A DNA stretch of 64,000 bases from an uncultured Myxococcales bacterium (GCA_964494475.1 CAZBRS010000018.1:26058-90057), one strand, 5' to 3'. Positions 26,813 through 37,023 are shown, counted from the stretch's first letter. Notes: generated from the letters alone by a model not told the origin. Numbers and translations: made by a program.

Positions 26813-28276
26813 ATGACGAGAAGCGGGTTCGAATCCTCCTTCGGTCTCTTCGTGATCCTGCTCACCGGCCCATGGCTCGCGGGGGCGTGTTCGGCCGAGG
26901 GCACGGCGAGCGCCGACGTGACCACGGCTCCGGATCTGGTCGTCGTGCCCGCCGGCTTCGACGGTGACGCCTTGCTGGGCACCCTGGACTCCACGGGGTG
27001 CTTCGACCTTTGCACCTGGATCGGCGCCGAGTTGCTGGACGAGGCTCCGGTGAGCATCTGCTCCTCCGTGGACTACTGCCTGTCGTTCTGCGCCCTCGCG
27101 CCGAAGCTGGCGACCCGGCCGTGCGACGTCAGCCTGGCCGAGTTCGCCACGTGCATGGACGCCGCCGGAGCCTCGCCGTGCACGAATCCGACCGACTCCC
27201 TCGACAGTCCCGCGTGCTTCGGGGTCTGGGCCTGCATGATGCTGCCCGGCGACACGGTCAAGGTGGCCGAGATCGAGCACCTGGCGATGCGGCTCCTCTG
27301 CGACGAGTTGAGCCTGGCCATGGGCGTGCCGTTCTCGCCGACCCCGCAGCCGACGTGGTCGGAGTGCGTCTCTTCCCTCCTGGGCTTCGCGTGCCGCTGC
27401 ACCGCCGAGGACCCGGCCGGTCTTTCGGCAGGCTGCGCGGTGACCGTCGGTGACGCGCTCGCGTGCATCGACCTCGCGAAGCCCGGAGACCTGCCGGACA
27501 GCCCGGGCTGCGCTCCCTTCCGGACCCAGGTCTCCGGGGCCTACGATCCGGACGCCCACCTCGTCGATCTCGACTGCGTGCAGGTCCGGAAGCTGTGCCA
27601 GGATTCCATCCCCGAGCAGGGCAACCTGCCCGAGAGCCCTGCGTGCAAGCCCGAGAACGGCGTCCTCGATGCAGATTACCGGGCCCCCGTGGAGACCTGC
27701 ATCGCCTCGGTCGGCTCCCTTCGCTGCCACTGCGACGCCAACCCGGCGGGACCCGGCTGCGACGCGGGCATCGACCGGCTGCAGTCGTGCATCGCCGACA
27801 GCTACGTGGACGGATGTGCCTATCTCGGCAGCGGCGTCTGCATCGCGCCGGGCAACCAGGCCTCGGGGATCCCGGGCGACGTGAAGATCTCGGAGGCCTC
27901 TGCCGACCTCCTCGAGCAATGGTGCTCGTGGCGCGTCTGCTTCGGCGGAGGGCCGGACTTCGCGGGCCACGGATGCGTGAGCGGTGCGTTCGCGACGCAG
28001 GTGCCGGACGTGGCCGGGTGCGTCGAGGACCTGACGTACCACTTCGCTGCCTGCGACGTGACGATCGCCGACGTGGAGCAGTGCCTGTACGCCGTCCACA
28101 CGAGCGATTCCTGCGAGCGCCTGGCCACGTTCGGCGCCTGCACCTCCGTCGAGAACAAGGCGCTCGCGTACTCGGTGTGCCACTACCTGTACTACGAACC
28201 TTGTGACGCGGTCGTCAACTGCCTCGCCGCCGGCTGGGACATCCCCCTGCAGCCGCCCGACGGCTACTCCCTGTGA
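26813..28276 (+). CDS. Cysteine-rich lipoprotein, function unknown
   Basis: Signal ...FVILLTGPWLAGAC. Many paired Cys. An alternative GTG start exists at 26804. Confidence 0.6.
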   Translation: MTRSGFESSFGLFVILLTGPWLAGACSAEGTASADVTTAPDLVVVPAGFDGDALLGTLDSTGCFDLCTWIGAELLDEAPVSICSSVDYCLSFCALAPKLATRPCDVSLAEFATCMDAAGASPCTNPTDSLDSPACFGVWACMMLPGDTVKVAEIEHLAMRLLCDELSLAMGVPFSPTPQPTWSECVSSLLGFACRCTAEDPAGLSAGCAVTVGDALACIDLAKPGDLPDSPGCAPFRTQVSGAYDPDAHLVDLDCVQVRKLCQDSIPEQGNLPESPACKPENGVLDADYRAPVETCIASVGSLRCHCDANPAGPGCDAGIDRLQSCIADSYVDGCAYLGSGVCIAPGNQASGIPGDVKISEASADLLEQWCSWRVCFGGGPDFAGHGCVSGAFATQVPDVAGCVEDLTYHFAACDVTIADVEQCLYAVHTSDSCERLATFGACTSVENKALAYSVCHYLYYEPCDAVVNCLAAGWDIPLQPPDGYSL

Positions 28277-30456
28277 TTCGGCGCGCCGTCCTCCTCCTCG
28301 CGGCCGTGGTGGCCTGCTCCGGGCCGCCCGGCGCGACGGAAGACGGGGGCGCCCTCGGCGACGGCGGACGTGACGAAGAGACCGCCGGCAAGGTGCCCTA
28401 CCTCACGCGACTGCCCACCGTCGAGGCGTTCGAGGCGGTGGCGGCGGGCGGTCGCGAGGTCAAATACCTCGCTCCTCTCGCGGGCTCTGCGACGACGCCT
28501 CCGCTCGTCGAGCCCTGCTACTTTCAGAACATGGACCTGTTCCCCTGGCACCTCGATTTCCTGAAGTCGTTCCCGGAGACCGAGGCCAGCACGATGGCCG
28601 AGTACTCTGCCTGGGTGCTCCGCGGCCCGACGCGCCGCTGGTGGGGAGGCTCCCTTCGCCGCTGGCCCGCCGTCGCCCACCCCGTGACGCGCCAACCCGG
28701 GCTCGTCACGTTCCAGGTCTACAACGAGGACGTGGCGGGGAATCCCTTCCCCCTCACGGGCATCACCGAGCTCGCGGAGACCTTGAAGACCTGCGCCGGG
28801 TTTGCGGCCGATCGGCTGGCGTTTCTCCCCCTCGGGACGAGTCAGCTCCAGGTGGCGGAGTTCTACCGGGAGGTGCTGGCCGCGAAGGGCGTCACGGTGG
28901 TCCTGCCGGAAGATCTGGCCGCGGCGTCCGGCGTCGACATCCTGGTCGAGGGGGAAGCCTACGGCTACCTGAACGTCGTCCCGGACGGACAGGCTCTCGA
29001 GGACTACGGGCCCCGGGACGTCGTCGTGGTGCGCAGCGCGCCCTCGGACCTGTCCATCGTGGCCGCGCTCATCACGGCGGATCCGCAGAACGAGTTCAGC
29101 CACGTGAACCTCCGCCTGGGCGAGAAGGGCATCCCGAACGCGTCGATTCCGGGGATCTATACCTGGCCGGACCTCGACGCGAAGCAATCCCTGCTCGTCC
29201 ACGTCGTGGCCGGGGAGAGCTCCGTCGAGATCCGGCTCGCCGCGCTCGAGGACGCAGAACGGTTCTGGGACTCCACCCGGCCCGCCTCCATCTCGGTCGT
29301 GTCGGACCTGGCTCCCGTCGCCCTGCGCGGATACGACGAGCTCCGCTTCGGCGATGCCCCGGCGTTCGGAGCCAAGGCCGCGAACCTGGGCGAGCTTCAC
29401 TCCATCCTCGCCCCGCAGGCTCGCGTCGAGGGGTTCGGAGTTCCCGTCTCGCACTACCGGAGGTTCGTCGACGAGCGGGGAGTCCAGGCCGCCATCGAGC
29501 TCATGGTGGCCTCGCCGGCCACCTTCACCGACGCCGACCTCCGCCGTGCGGCGCTGAGGTCGATCCGGGACAAGATCCGCGAGGCTCCGCTGCTCCCGGA
29601 GTTCGAGGCCGCGCTCCGTCTGCGCTTGGCCGACGTCTATGGGCCGGGGGTCGGGACGCTTCGGGTGCGGTTCCGCAGCAGCTCGAACTCCGAAGACCTG
29701 TCCGTGGCGAGCGGCGCCGGCCTGTACGCTTCGCGAAGCGGATGCCTCGCCGACGACGACGACGCCGATGACGCCGGACCCTCCGCGTGCCTGGGCGCCA
29801 TCGAGCGGGCCGAGCTCGAACGCCTGCTCGATCTGCGCCTGAAAGAGCAGGAGGACTGCCCGGACTGCCCCTGGCTCGCCGACGTCATCGCGGATCTCGA
29901 GGAGGATCTGACCGAGGAGAAGACGGTCGCGGATGCCGTGCGCAAGGTGTGGGCCAGCCTGTGGAGCGACCAGGCGTTTCAGGAGCGAGAGTACTGGGGG
30001 ATCGATCATCGCGCCGCCACCATGGCGATCGCCGTGAACCCGACGTTCGTCCTCGAGACGCGGGACGCGATCGCCGTGACGGGGCTGCCCGCGAGCGACG
30101 GGACGACGCTGGTCCGGGTGATCACGGTCGTTGCGCCCGAGAGCGTCGCAGAGCCGCTGGATCCGCGGGTCGTGGCCGAGGTCCTGACGTTCAGGAGAGC
30201 GGTCGGAGATCCCACCCCCCACGACGTGTCCGTCCTCGTGCCGTCTTCCCAGGTCGCGGGAGCGATGCCGCTCTGGACGGACGAGGAGGTCGCGAAGCTG
30301 GCCGGCCTGCTCTTCACGGCGCACGATCACTTCGCGAGCCTTCCCTGGACGGGCGCCGCCCCCACGAGCTTCGACATCGAGATCAAGAAGGACGTCGAGG
30401 GGCGGCTCGTCCTGAAGCAGGCGCGGCCCTATCTCCTCGATCCCTGGACACTCTAG
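28273..30456 (+). CDS. Lipoprotein with PEP/pyruvate-binding (PPDK_N, ATP-grasp) domain
   Basis: Signal MIRRAVLLLAAVVAC. FGAKAANLGEL...GFGVPVSHY... and VRFRSSSNSEDLSVASGAGLY match the PEP synthase/PPDK N-terminal domain. GTGA overlap upstream. Confidence 0.7.
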   Translation: MIRRAVLLLAAVVACSGPPGATEDGGALGDGGRDEETAGKVPYLTRLPTVEAFEAVAAGGREVKYLAPLAGSATTPPLVEPCYFQNMDLFPWHLDFLKSFPETEASTMAEYSAWVLRGPTRRWWGGSLRRWPAVAHPVTRQPGLVTFQVYNEDVAGNPFPLTGITELAETLKTCAGFAADRLAFLPLGTSQLQVAEFYREVLAAKGVTVVLPEDLAAASGVDILVEGEAYGYLNVVPDGQALEDYGPRDVVVVRSAPSDLSIVAALITADPQNEFSHVNLRLGEKGIPNASIPGIYTWPDLDAKQSLLVHVVAGESSVEIRLAALEDAERFWDSTRPASISVVSDLAPVALRGYDELRFGDAPAFGAKAANLGELHSILAPQARVEGFGVPVSHYRRFVDERGVQAAIELMVASPATFTDADLRRAALRSIRDKIREAPLLPEFEAALRLRLADVYGPGVGTLRVRFRSSSNSEDLSVASGAGLYASRSGCLADDDDADDAGPSACLGAIERAELERLLDLRLKEQEDCPDCPWLADVIADLEEDLTEEKTVADAVRKVWASLWSDQAFQEREYWGIDHRAATMAIAVNPTFVLETRDAIAVTGLPASDGTTLVRVITVVAPESVAEPLDPRVVAEVLTFRRAVGDPTPHDVSVLVPSSQVAGAMPLWTDEEVAKLAGLLFTAHDHFASLPWTGAAPTSFDIEIKKDVEGRLVLKQARPYLLDPWTL

Positions 30457-30572
30457 CGCGCGAGGCGCCCAGACCGTTGTCTGCGCGGACGACGCTGGAG
30501 ATTTCGCGAATGCTGCGAACGAGTATTGTGGGGCGTCGAGATCGGGTCAAGCCCGTCTCGAAGTCACCTGCG

Positions 30573-30600
30573 TTGACGCGCCTGCCCTGGTCCGTATGCT
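30573..30600 (+). promoter_or_regulatory. Sigma-70-like promoter candidate (TTGACG-N16-TATGCT) overlapping an 8-bp hairpin
   Basis: Hexamers at 30573-30578 and 30595-30600. Hairpin CCCTGGTC/GACCAGGG at 30585-30608. About 110 nt upstream of the PPTase gene. Confidence 0.3.
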
Positions 30601-30710
30601 GACCAGGGTCACGATCCGAGGCTCCGCGAGGTACCGCGCCGACCTGGCAGGCAATCCGTTCGAGCGGAAGGCGATCGTCTCCAGGCGGCGGTGAGGATTC
30701 GAGCACGGGG

Positions 30711-31442
30711 GTGGCGTCGATGTCCGTTCTGCGCGGGGCCGGAGGCGCGCTCGTGGTGGCCCGGTACGAGCCGGACGCGCTGGACCGCGAGCTCGACCGG
30801 GGAGCCGGCCTGGTCGGCGACGAGCGCGCGCTGGCGGGGCGGCTCGGACCGCGGCGCGCGCGCGACTTCGTGGCAGGTCGAAGGGCGTTGCGCGAGGCGG
30901 CCCTCGAGCTGGGCGCGCCGCTCGACGGGCCGATCCTCCGTACGCCCCGCGGAGCTCCGCAGATGCCTCCGGGGTGGGTGGGGTCGGTCAGCCACAAGAG
31001 CGACGCCTCGGGGGTCCTGGCCGCCGCGTGGGTCGAGCGCGTCGCCCCGGCGTCGACGCCCGGCGGGCTGGGCGTCGACCTCGAGGTGCTGGGCGAGCCG
31101 CGCGTGGAGCTGGCCCGGTTGGTTCTCACGCCGACCGAGCGCGCCCTGGTCGACGCAGCGCCTCCCGCGCGACGCGGGTTCGAGACGCTGGCGCGGTTCT
31201 CGCTGAAGGAGGCCCTCTACAAGGCGCTCGACCCGTGGATCGGGCGGGACCTCGACTTCCTCGACGTCGCCCTCGTCGAGCTCACGGCCGGTCGCGCCAC
31301 GGCACGGTTCGAGCGCGCGCTGGCCGCCGTTTCCCTCGAGACCGAGCTCTGGTGGTGGCTCGACGGGCCCGTGCTGGTCGCCGCCGCGCGGGCTTCGCCG
31401 GCTCGCGTCGCAGCTCACACCTCGGCCAGCAGCACCACGTAG
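30711..31442 (+). CDS. 4'-phosphopantetheinyl transferase (Sfp/EntD type)
   Basis: PPGWVGSVSHKSD, GLGVDLE, RFSLKEALYKAL. An alternative ATG start exists at 30720. Confidence 0.8.
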   Translation: MASMSVLRGAGGALVVARYEPDALDRELDRGAGLVGDERALAGRLGPRRARDFVAGRRALREAALELGAPLDGPILRTPRGAPQMPPGWVGSVSHKSDASGVLAAAWVERVAPASTPGGLGVDLEVLGEPRVELARLVLTPTERALVDAAPPARRGFETLARFSLKEALYKALDPWIGRDLDFLDVALVELTAGRATARFERALAAVSLETELWWWLDGPVLVAAARASPARVAAHTSASSTT

Positions 31443-31891
31443 TTCTTGCCGTGCTGCTTCGCGCACTTGGGGCAGCTCGTGTAGTACGCGAAGACCCGGC
31501 GGGCGGTCTTGCCGCGCGCGGCCACGAAGGCGGCCATCTCGCGCCGCCACGCGCCCTCCCGCCGGTAGGGGCCCTCGAAGACCTTGGCGAGGAAGGTGCC
31601 CGACAGGTGCGTCATGGCCGCCCCCGGTACGTCGCCGGTGGTGCCGAGGTAGACGTCCAGGCCCCAGGGCGAGCCCGCGTCGGCCAGCACGACCATGGCG
31701 GGGTCGGCGACCCCGGCGGCCTCGATGCGCGCCAGGTTCCGGACCATCACGCCCCCGAAGTTCAGGGGAATGTAGAAGAGGCACCGCACGTGGTCGCGCA
31801 CGAAGGGGCGCGCGCTCCACTGGAGCTCCTGCTCGTCCCAGGGCGCGGGGTCGAACGGCGGGCAGCACTCGGGCGTCGGCGCTTGGCTCAT
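31415..31891 (-). CDS. Conserved hypothetical protein (N-terminal CCPPFDP motif, C-terminal CPKC)
   Basis: Clean RBS GAGGGGGAG before the ATG at 31891. I recognise the CCP-FDP-W family but not its function. Confidence 0.6.
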   Translation of the reverse strand: MSQAPTPECCPPFDPAPWDEQELQWSARPFVRDHVRCLFYIPLNFGGVMVRNLARIEAAGVADPAMVVLADAGSPWGLDVYLGTTGDVPGAAMTHLSGTFLAKVFEGPYRREGAWRREMAAFVAARGKTARRVFAYYTSCPKCAKQHGKNYVVLLAEV

Positions 31892-31965
31892 GGGGCTCCC
31901 CCTCGTGGTTCCGACGCCGTGGCTTCGTTGGCTCTCTTCCACTGTGGACCGCGCCCGCGGCGTCG

Positions 31966-32277
31966 TCAAGGGAGCGCGGCCTCAGGGCCGGGCCGCAGCT
32001 GGATCAGGGTCGCGCCCCACCCGCCCGCGCCGGAGTCGGCTGTTCGGAACGACAGGACGGCGGGGTGACGCTGGAGCACGCCCTCGACGATGCGACGCTG
32101 CACACCCACGCCCTTGCCGTGGATCACCCGCACGCCGAGGATGCCCCGCGCGCGGCATTCGTCGAGGTACGTGGCCACCACGTCGGCCACGTCGCGGGGC
32201 CGGAACGTGTGCAGGTCGAGGGTGCCGTCGATGGGCACCTCGACGGGCTCGCCGTCGTACGCGTCGTCGTCGGTCAT
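31966..32277 (-). CDS. Smr-domain protein
   Basis: IDGTLDLHTF...VRVIHGKGVGVQR...SGAGGWGATLIQL. RBS GAGGTGG. Only the 3' end of the 1791-aa listed ORF is real. Confidence 0.8.
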   Translation of the reverse strand: MTDDDAYDGEPVEVPIDGTLDLHTFRPRDVADVVATYLDECRARGILGVRVIHGKGVGVQRRIVEGVLQRHPAVLSFRTADSGAGGWGATLIQLRPGPEAALP

Positions 32278-32421
32278 GGACCACCTCGTGGCGAGGATAC
32301 CACACCGGCCCTCGTTGGCTTGCGTCACCTCGGTCAACAGCGTACGCTTTTCGGGCAGGCGACGACGGCCGGGCGCGCGGGCGCCCGATCGCACCGCTGC
32401 CCCCACCCGCTCGAGACGACC

Positions 32422-35400
32422 ATGCCACGATCCGTAGTGCTGGTTGCGCGCTTCTTCGGGTTGCTCGCGGCCACCACGCTCCTGGCGGCCTGCCAGGGCC
32501 ACCGGGCGACGACCGGCGAGCCCGACGCCGATGCCCGCGTGGAGGACGCCACCTGCGGCGCCTCCGACTGCCATGACGCGGCCCCTGACGCACACGACGC
32601 GGCGCCCGACGGTCATGACGCGGCGCCCGATGGCCATGACGCGGCGCCCGATCTCCACGACGCGGCGCCCGATGGCCATGACGCGGCGCCCGAGATCGAG
32701 GACGCGACCCCCGAAGGTCATGACGCGACGCCTGAAACGGCCCCTGACACGGCCGACGCGGCGCCCGAGGGCCATGACGCGGCGCCCGACCTCCACGAGG
32801 TGGCGCCCGAGATCGATGACGCAGCGCCCGATCTCCACGAGGTGGCGCCCGATCTCCACGAAGTGGCGCCCGAGATCGAGGACGCGACCCCCGAAGATCA
32901 CGACGCGGAGGTCGAGAGCGCTGACGCCGAGGTCGAGGCCCTCGACGCCGAGGGCGAGGCTCCCGACGTGGCCGTGGACGACTGCCCGGAGGACCCCGAC
33001 AAGGTCGCTCCCGGCCTCTGTGGCTGCGGCGCGGTCGACACCCCGAACTGCGCCGAGATCCTGCCCCCGAACCCCGATCCGCCGGGTTGGCAGGACCCCC
33101 CCCACGCGACCGGCCCCACCTCGCTCGCCATGACGGTCGAGCCGCTCTCCGACCCGAGCGGCGTCGAGGTCTACTTCGCGTGCGTCGCGGGCCCCTGCCA
33201 CGACAGCGGCTGGCAGGACGGCGACACGTACGAAGACACCGGCCTCGCCCCCGACCACGCCTGCGCGTACCGCGTGAGGGCCCGCGACAAGAGCCCGAAC
33301 CAGAACGAGACCGCCTGGTCGCCGGAGGCGCTCGCGACCACCGAGCGCGACCCGGGCTACGCCGCGGGCCTCGAGGCGCGCTTCTTCGAGCTCGCGGGAG
33401 ACGCGACGACGTTGCCCGACTTCGCCGGGTGGCCCGCCGACGTGGCGCGCCTCGACCCCGTGCTCGACTACTCCGCTTCGCCGTGGCCCTGGCCCGGCCT
33501 GGGTTCCGCCTTCGCCGCAGGTGTTGCCAGTCGCCACGCGGGCTTCCTGCGCGTCTCCGCGGCGGGGGTGGTCACGTTGGCGCTGGGGGGCGACGGCCTG
33601 GCTCGGCTCTGGCTCGACGGCGAGCCCCTCCTCGACCTCCCGGCCGCAGACCCCGGCGCCCTGGGGGCCTCGGCCAGCCGGTCCCTCGAGGTCGGCTACC
33701 ACGCGCTGCGCGTCGACTTCCTCTCCACGGCCACGCCCGCGTCCCTGATGCTGTCGTGGCGGGGCCCGGAGTCGACGCCCGACGTGGTTCCGTCCACGGC
33801 CCTGTACCACGCCGACCCTCCCGACACGCAGCCGCCGGCGCCGAGCCCCCTGGCCTTCGAGATCCCCCCCACCGTGACGGGCCCCGCCTCCCTCACCATG
33901 ACCGCCGTGGCCGCCACCGACGCGGCCGGCGTGCAGGTCGCCTTCCTGTGCGTGCAGGGCGGCGGACCGTCGAGCGGCTGGCAGGCCGACCGAAGGTACG
34001 AGGCCATCGGCCTCCAGCCGGGGACGGTCTACGGGTACCGCGTGGTCGCCCGTGACGTCGGCATGAACGACAACACCGGCCTGCCCTCGGCGGTCGGCTT
34101 CGCGACGACCGACACCTACGTGCCCGATCTCGTGGGGCTCGAGCGGTCCCTGGCCGAGGCGGCGCTGGCCGACGCCGCGTTGGTGCCCGGCGACGTGTCG
34201 AACGCGCACAGCGCCACGGTGCCCGCCGGCCGGGTGATCGAGCAGAGCCCGGTCGTGGGCGAGGTGCTCCCCGCCGGCGCGACGGTCTCGTTCGTGGTGT
34301 CGCAGGGGCCCGAGTTGGTCGAGGTGCCCGACGTGGTGGGCCTGACCGCTGCCGAGGCCTCTGGCGCGCTGGCGGCCGCCGGGCTCGCGGTGGGCCCGGT
34401 CACGTTCGCCGCCAGCTGCACCGAGGCGCCCGGCAGCGTGCTCAGCCAGCAGCCGCAGGCCGGCGGCACGGCGCCGAAGGGCGGGGCGGTCAGCCTGGTC
34501 GTGTCGCGCGGGCCCGAGCAGGTCGTCATCACCGAGCTCCTGTACCACCCGGTGAAGGACGACGTGCTGCACGAGGAGTTCGTGGAGCTGTACAACCCCT
34601 GCGCCCACCCCGTGAACCTGGAGGGCTGGCAGGTGTTGGGCCTCGGGCCGTTCACCTTTGGCGCGGGGGCGTCGATCGAGGCCGGGGGGTACGTGGTGCT
34701 GGCCGAGGACGCCGACGCGTTCCTGGCGGCCTACGGGTTCGAGCCCGACGCCGTGGTCGCCGGGGCGTCGCTGGCCAACAGCGGCGAGCGCGTGGCGGTG
34801 ACCACGGCCGCCGGGCTCGTCGTCGACACGGTCACCTACGACGACGTGGCCCCGTGGCCGGTCACCCCCGACGGCCTGGGACCGTCGCTCGAGGTCGTCG
34901 ACCCGTCCGAGGACAACGCCACGCCCCGCAACTGGCACGCCTGCGTCGCCGCCGCGGGGAGCACGCCGCGGGCGGTCAACAGCGTCGACGCCGAGGGCCT
35001 TCCGCCCTGGCTCAGCGAGGTCCGGCACGGGACGCCCGAGGTCGGAGCGCCGATCGAGGTGACCGCGCTCGTCGAGGACGCGACCACGGTCACCCTGACG
35101 TACGTGCTCGACTGGGGCACCCCCGCGAGCCTGGCCCTGCAGGACGACGGTCAGAGCGCCGACGGCGAGGCCGGCGACGGGGTCTTCGGGGCGGTGCTCC
35201 CCGGCCAGGCGGTCGGCACGCTCGTGCGCTACCGCCTCGACGCCGTCGGGCCCACGGGCTCCATGGGCTACCCGCGCGACGACGACACGGTGATCTACAC
35301 GGGCACGTACCTGGCGCCGCCGGTCGAGACCGATCTCGACGTGTTCCATTGGCTCCTCGACCCCGTCGACTACGCCGACGCGCTCGCGCACTACTGGACC

Positions 35401-37023
35401 AACGAGACCGAGCCGGCCCTGCTCTTCCACCGGGGCGTGCTCTACGACGGCGTGCAGGTGCGCGTGCGCGGCCAGTCGTCGCGCGGCTGGCCCAAGAAGC
35501 ACTGGAACTTCTCGTTGCCGCAGGGCCACGGCTTCGACGCCGAGGGGTACACGGCCAGCCCGGTCAGCGGGTTCAACCTGCAGAGCAGCTACGCCGACAA
35601 GAGCTACGTGCGCGAGATCCTGTCGTACGAGACGTTCCGCGACGCCGGCTGCCCCTCGAACGTCATGGCGCCCGTGCTCGTGGTCCAGAACGGGCAGTTC
35701 TTCGGCCTGTACGGCTACCTCGAAGACCGCGATCCGACGAACCTCGAGCGCAACGGGCTCGACCCCGAGGGGGGGCTCTACAAGGCGTTCGGGAGCCAGT
35801 GCGAGGCGCGGCCCCTGCACGAGCTGCCCGGCCCCTGGGAGAAGGAGGAGCCCGACGACGGCGACTTCACGGAGTTGTTCGACCTCCTGACCGGCGTCGA
35901 CGCGCTCACCGGCCCGGACCGGCGCGACTTCCTGTTCGACCACGTCGACCTGCCGGCCATGCTCAGCTACCACGCCGCCTCGGTGCTCATCCACAACAAC
36001 GACCAGGTCGCCAAGAACTACTTCCTCTACCGCGACACGAAGGGCACGGGCCGCTGGTCCATGCAGGCCTGGGACATGGACCTGACGTTCGGCCGCAGCT
36101 ACCAGGGCACGGTGCTGAACGACGAGATCTTCGCCGAGGTCGACGGGGTGGCCGGGCGCCCCAACGTCTCGCCCAGCCATCCGCTCTTCGGCGACAGCGA
36201 GCACCAGAAGTGGGACTACCTGTGGAACCGGCTGACCGACGCGCTGCTCGAGGAGCCCGAGATCCGGCAGATGTACTACCGGCGCCTGCGTACGCTCCTG
36301 GACGAGCTGCTGGTCGAGGGGCGGTACGAGGCGCGCATCGACGAGCTGGCCGCCCTGGTGGCCGACGAGGCCGAGGCCGATCGTCAGCTGTGGGGCTGGT
36401 ACGGCGCCGACGAGCCGCCGGCCCTGGCCGTCAGCCGGCTGAAGACCGAGTACCTCGCGCGGCGGCGGGTCCACCTGTTCGAGACCCACCGGGTCGAGGG
36501 CGAGATCCCGGCGGCGCAGTCGCCAAACCCGGTCGTGGTGATCAACGAGATCATGTACAACCCCTACGTCGACCCGCTGGATCCCACGGCCGCCGGCGAC
36601 GAGCTCGAGTTCCTCGAGCTCTACAACCCCTCGGCGGTCGAGGCGGTCGATCTGTCGGGCTGGGTCGTGACCGGCGTGGGCCTCACGCTCCCGGCCGGCT
36701 CCGTCATCCTGCCCGCCCGCTACCTGCTCGTGGTGCGAAACGACGTGGCCTTCCGCCAGGCCTACGGCGTTGGCCATTACGTCGCCGCCGAGTACGACGG
36801 CAAGCTCGACGGCGGGGGTGAGCGCGTGACCCTGGTGAACCGCGCGGGCCTGGTCATCGACGACGTGACCTACGACGACGCCGCGCCGTGGCCCACGACC
36901 CCCGACGGCAAGGGCCCGTCGCTCGAGCTGCTGGACGTCGCCATGAACAACGCCCTGCCGAGCGCCTGGAGGCCGAGCAAGGCCCCCGGCGGCACCCCCG
37001 GCGCCCCGAACGGCGCGCCGTAG
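32422..37023 (+). CDS. Giant lipoprotein: His-containing heptad repeats, FN3-like, PA14, two PASTA, LTD, CotH kinase-like, LTD
   Basis: Lipobox LLAAC. PA14-like GLEARFFEL...GYHALRVDF. PASTA VPDLVGL...VVSQGP twice. LTD VVITELLYHP...EFVELYNP and VVINEIMYNP...EFLELYNP. CotH FNLQSSYADKSYVREILSYETFRDAG...FFGLYGYLE. Confidence 0.85.
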   Translation: MPRSVVLVARFFGLLAATTLLAACQGHRATTGEPDADARVEDATCGASDCHDAAPDAHDAAPDGHDAAPDGHDAAPDLHDAAPDGHDAAPEIEDATPEGHDATPETAPDTADAAPEGHDAAPDLHEVAPEIDDAAPDLHEVAPDLHEVAPEIEDATPEDHDAEVESADAEVEALDAEGEAPDVAVDDCPEDPDKVAPGLCGCGAVDTPNCAEILPPNPDPPGWQDPPHATGPTSLAMTVEPLSDPSGVEVYFACVAGPCHDSGWQDGDTYEDTGLAPDHACAYRVRARDKSPNQNETAWSPEALATTERDPGYAAGLEARFFELAGDATTLPDFAGWPADVARLDPVLDYSASPWPWPGLGSAFAAGVASRHAGFLRVSAAGVVTLALGGDGLARLWLDGEPLLDLPAADPGALGASASRSLEVGYHALRVDFLSTATPASLMLSWRGPESTPDVVPSTALYHADPPDTQPPAPSPLAFEIPPTVTGPASLTMTAVAATDAAGVQVAFLCVQGGGPSSGWQADRRYEAIGLQPGTVYGYRVVARDVGMNDNTGLPSAVGFATTDTYVPDLVGLERSLAEAALADAALVPGDVSNAHSATVPAGRVIEQSPVVGEVLPAGATVSFVVSQGPELVEVPDVVGLTAAEASGALAAAGLAVGPVTFAASCTEAPGSVLSQQPQAGGTAPKGGAVSLVVSRGPEQVVITELLYHPVKDDVLHEEFVELYNPCAHPVNLEGWQVLGLGPFTFGAGASIEAGGYVVLAEDADAFLAAYGFEPDAVVAGASLANSGERVAVTTAAGLVVDTVTYDDVAPWPVTPDGLGPSLEVVDPSEDNATPRNWHACVAAAGSTPRAVNSVDAEGLPPWLSEVRHGTPEVGAPIEVTALVEDATTVTLTYVLDWGTPASLALQDDGQSADGEAGDGVFGAVLPGQAVGTLVRYRLDAVGPTGSMGYPRDDDTVIYTGTYLAPPVETDLDVFHWLLDPVDYADALAHYWTNETEPALLFHRGVLYDGVQVRVRGQSSRGWPKKHWNFSLPQGHGFDAEGYTASPVSGFNLQSSYADKSYVREILSYETFRDAGCPSNVMAPVLVVQNGQFFGLYGYLEDRDPTNLERNGLDPEGGLYKAFGSQCEARPLHELPGPWEKEEPDDGDFTELFDLLTGVDALTGPDRRDFLFDHVDLPAMLSYHAASVLIHNNDQVAKNYFLYRDTKGTGRWSMQAWDMDLTFGRSYQGTVLNDEIFAEVDGVAGRPNVSPSHPLFGDSEHQKWDYLWNRLTDALLEEPEIRQMYYRRLRTLLDELLVEGRYEARIDELAALVADEAEADRQLWGWYGADEPPALAVSRLKTEYLARRRVHLFETHRVEGEIPAAQSPNPVVVINEIMYNPYVDPLDPTAAGDELEFLELYNPSAVEAVDLSGWVVTGVGLTLPAGSVILPARYLLVVRNDVAFRQAYGVGHYVAAEYDGKLDGGGERVTLVNRAGLVIDDVTYDDAAPWPTTPDGKGPSLELLDVAMNNALPSAWRPSKAPGGTPGAPNGAP
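32575..32964 (+). repeat. About 18 tandem 21-bp repeats encoding D-A-A-P-D/E-x-H heptads
   Basis: Units GACGCGGCGCCCGA(T/C)NNNCA(T/C) in strict 21-nt register, with one 33-nt irregular unit at 32722. Confidence 0.9.

Noticed and set aside
32575-32964. Regular 21-bp repeats that might be mistaken for a CRISPR array (also the 12-bp repeats at 40327..40386)
   Set aside because: The repeats are contiguous with no spacers, are in frame, and sit inside coding sequence.
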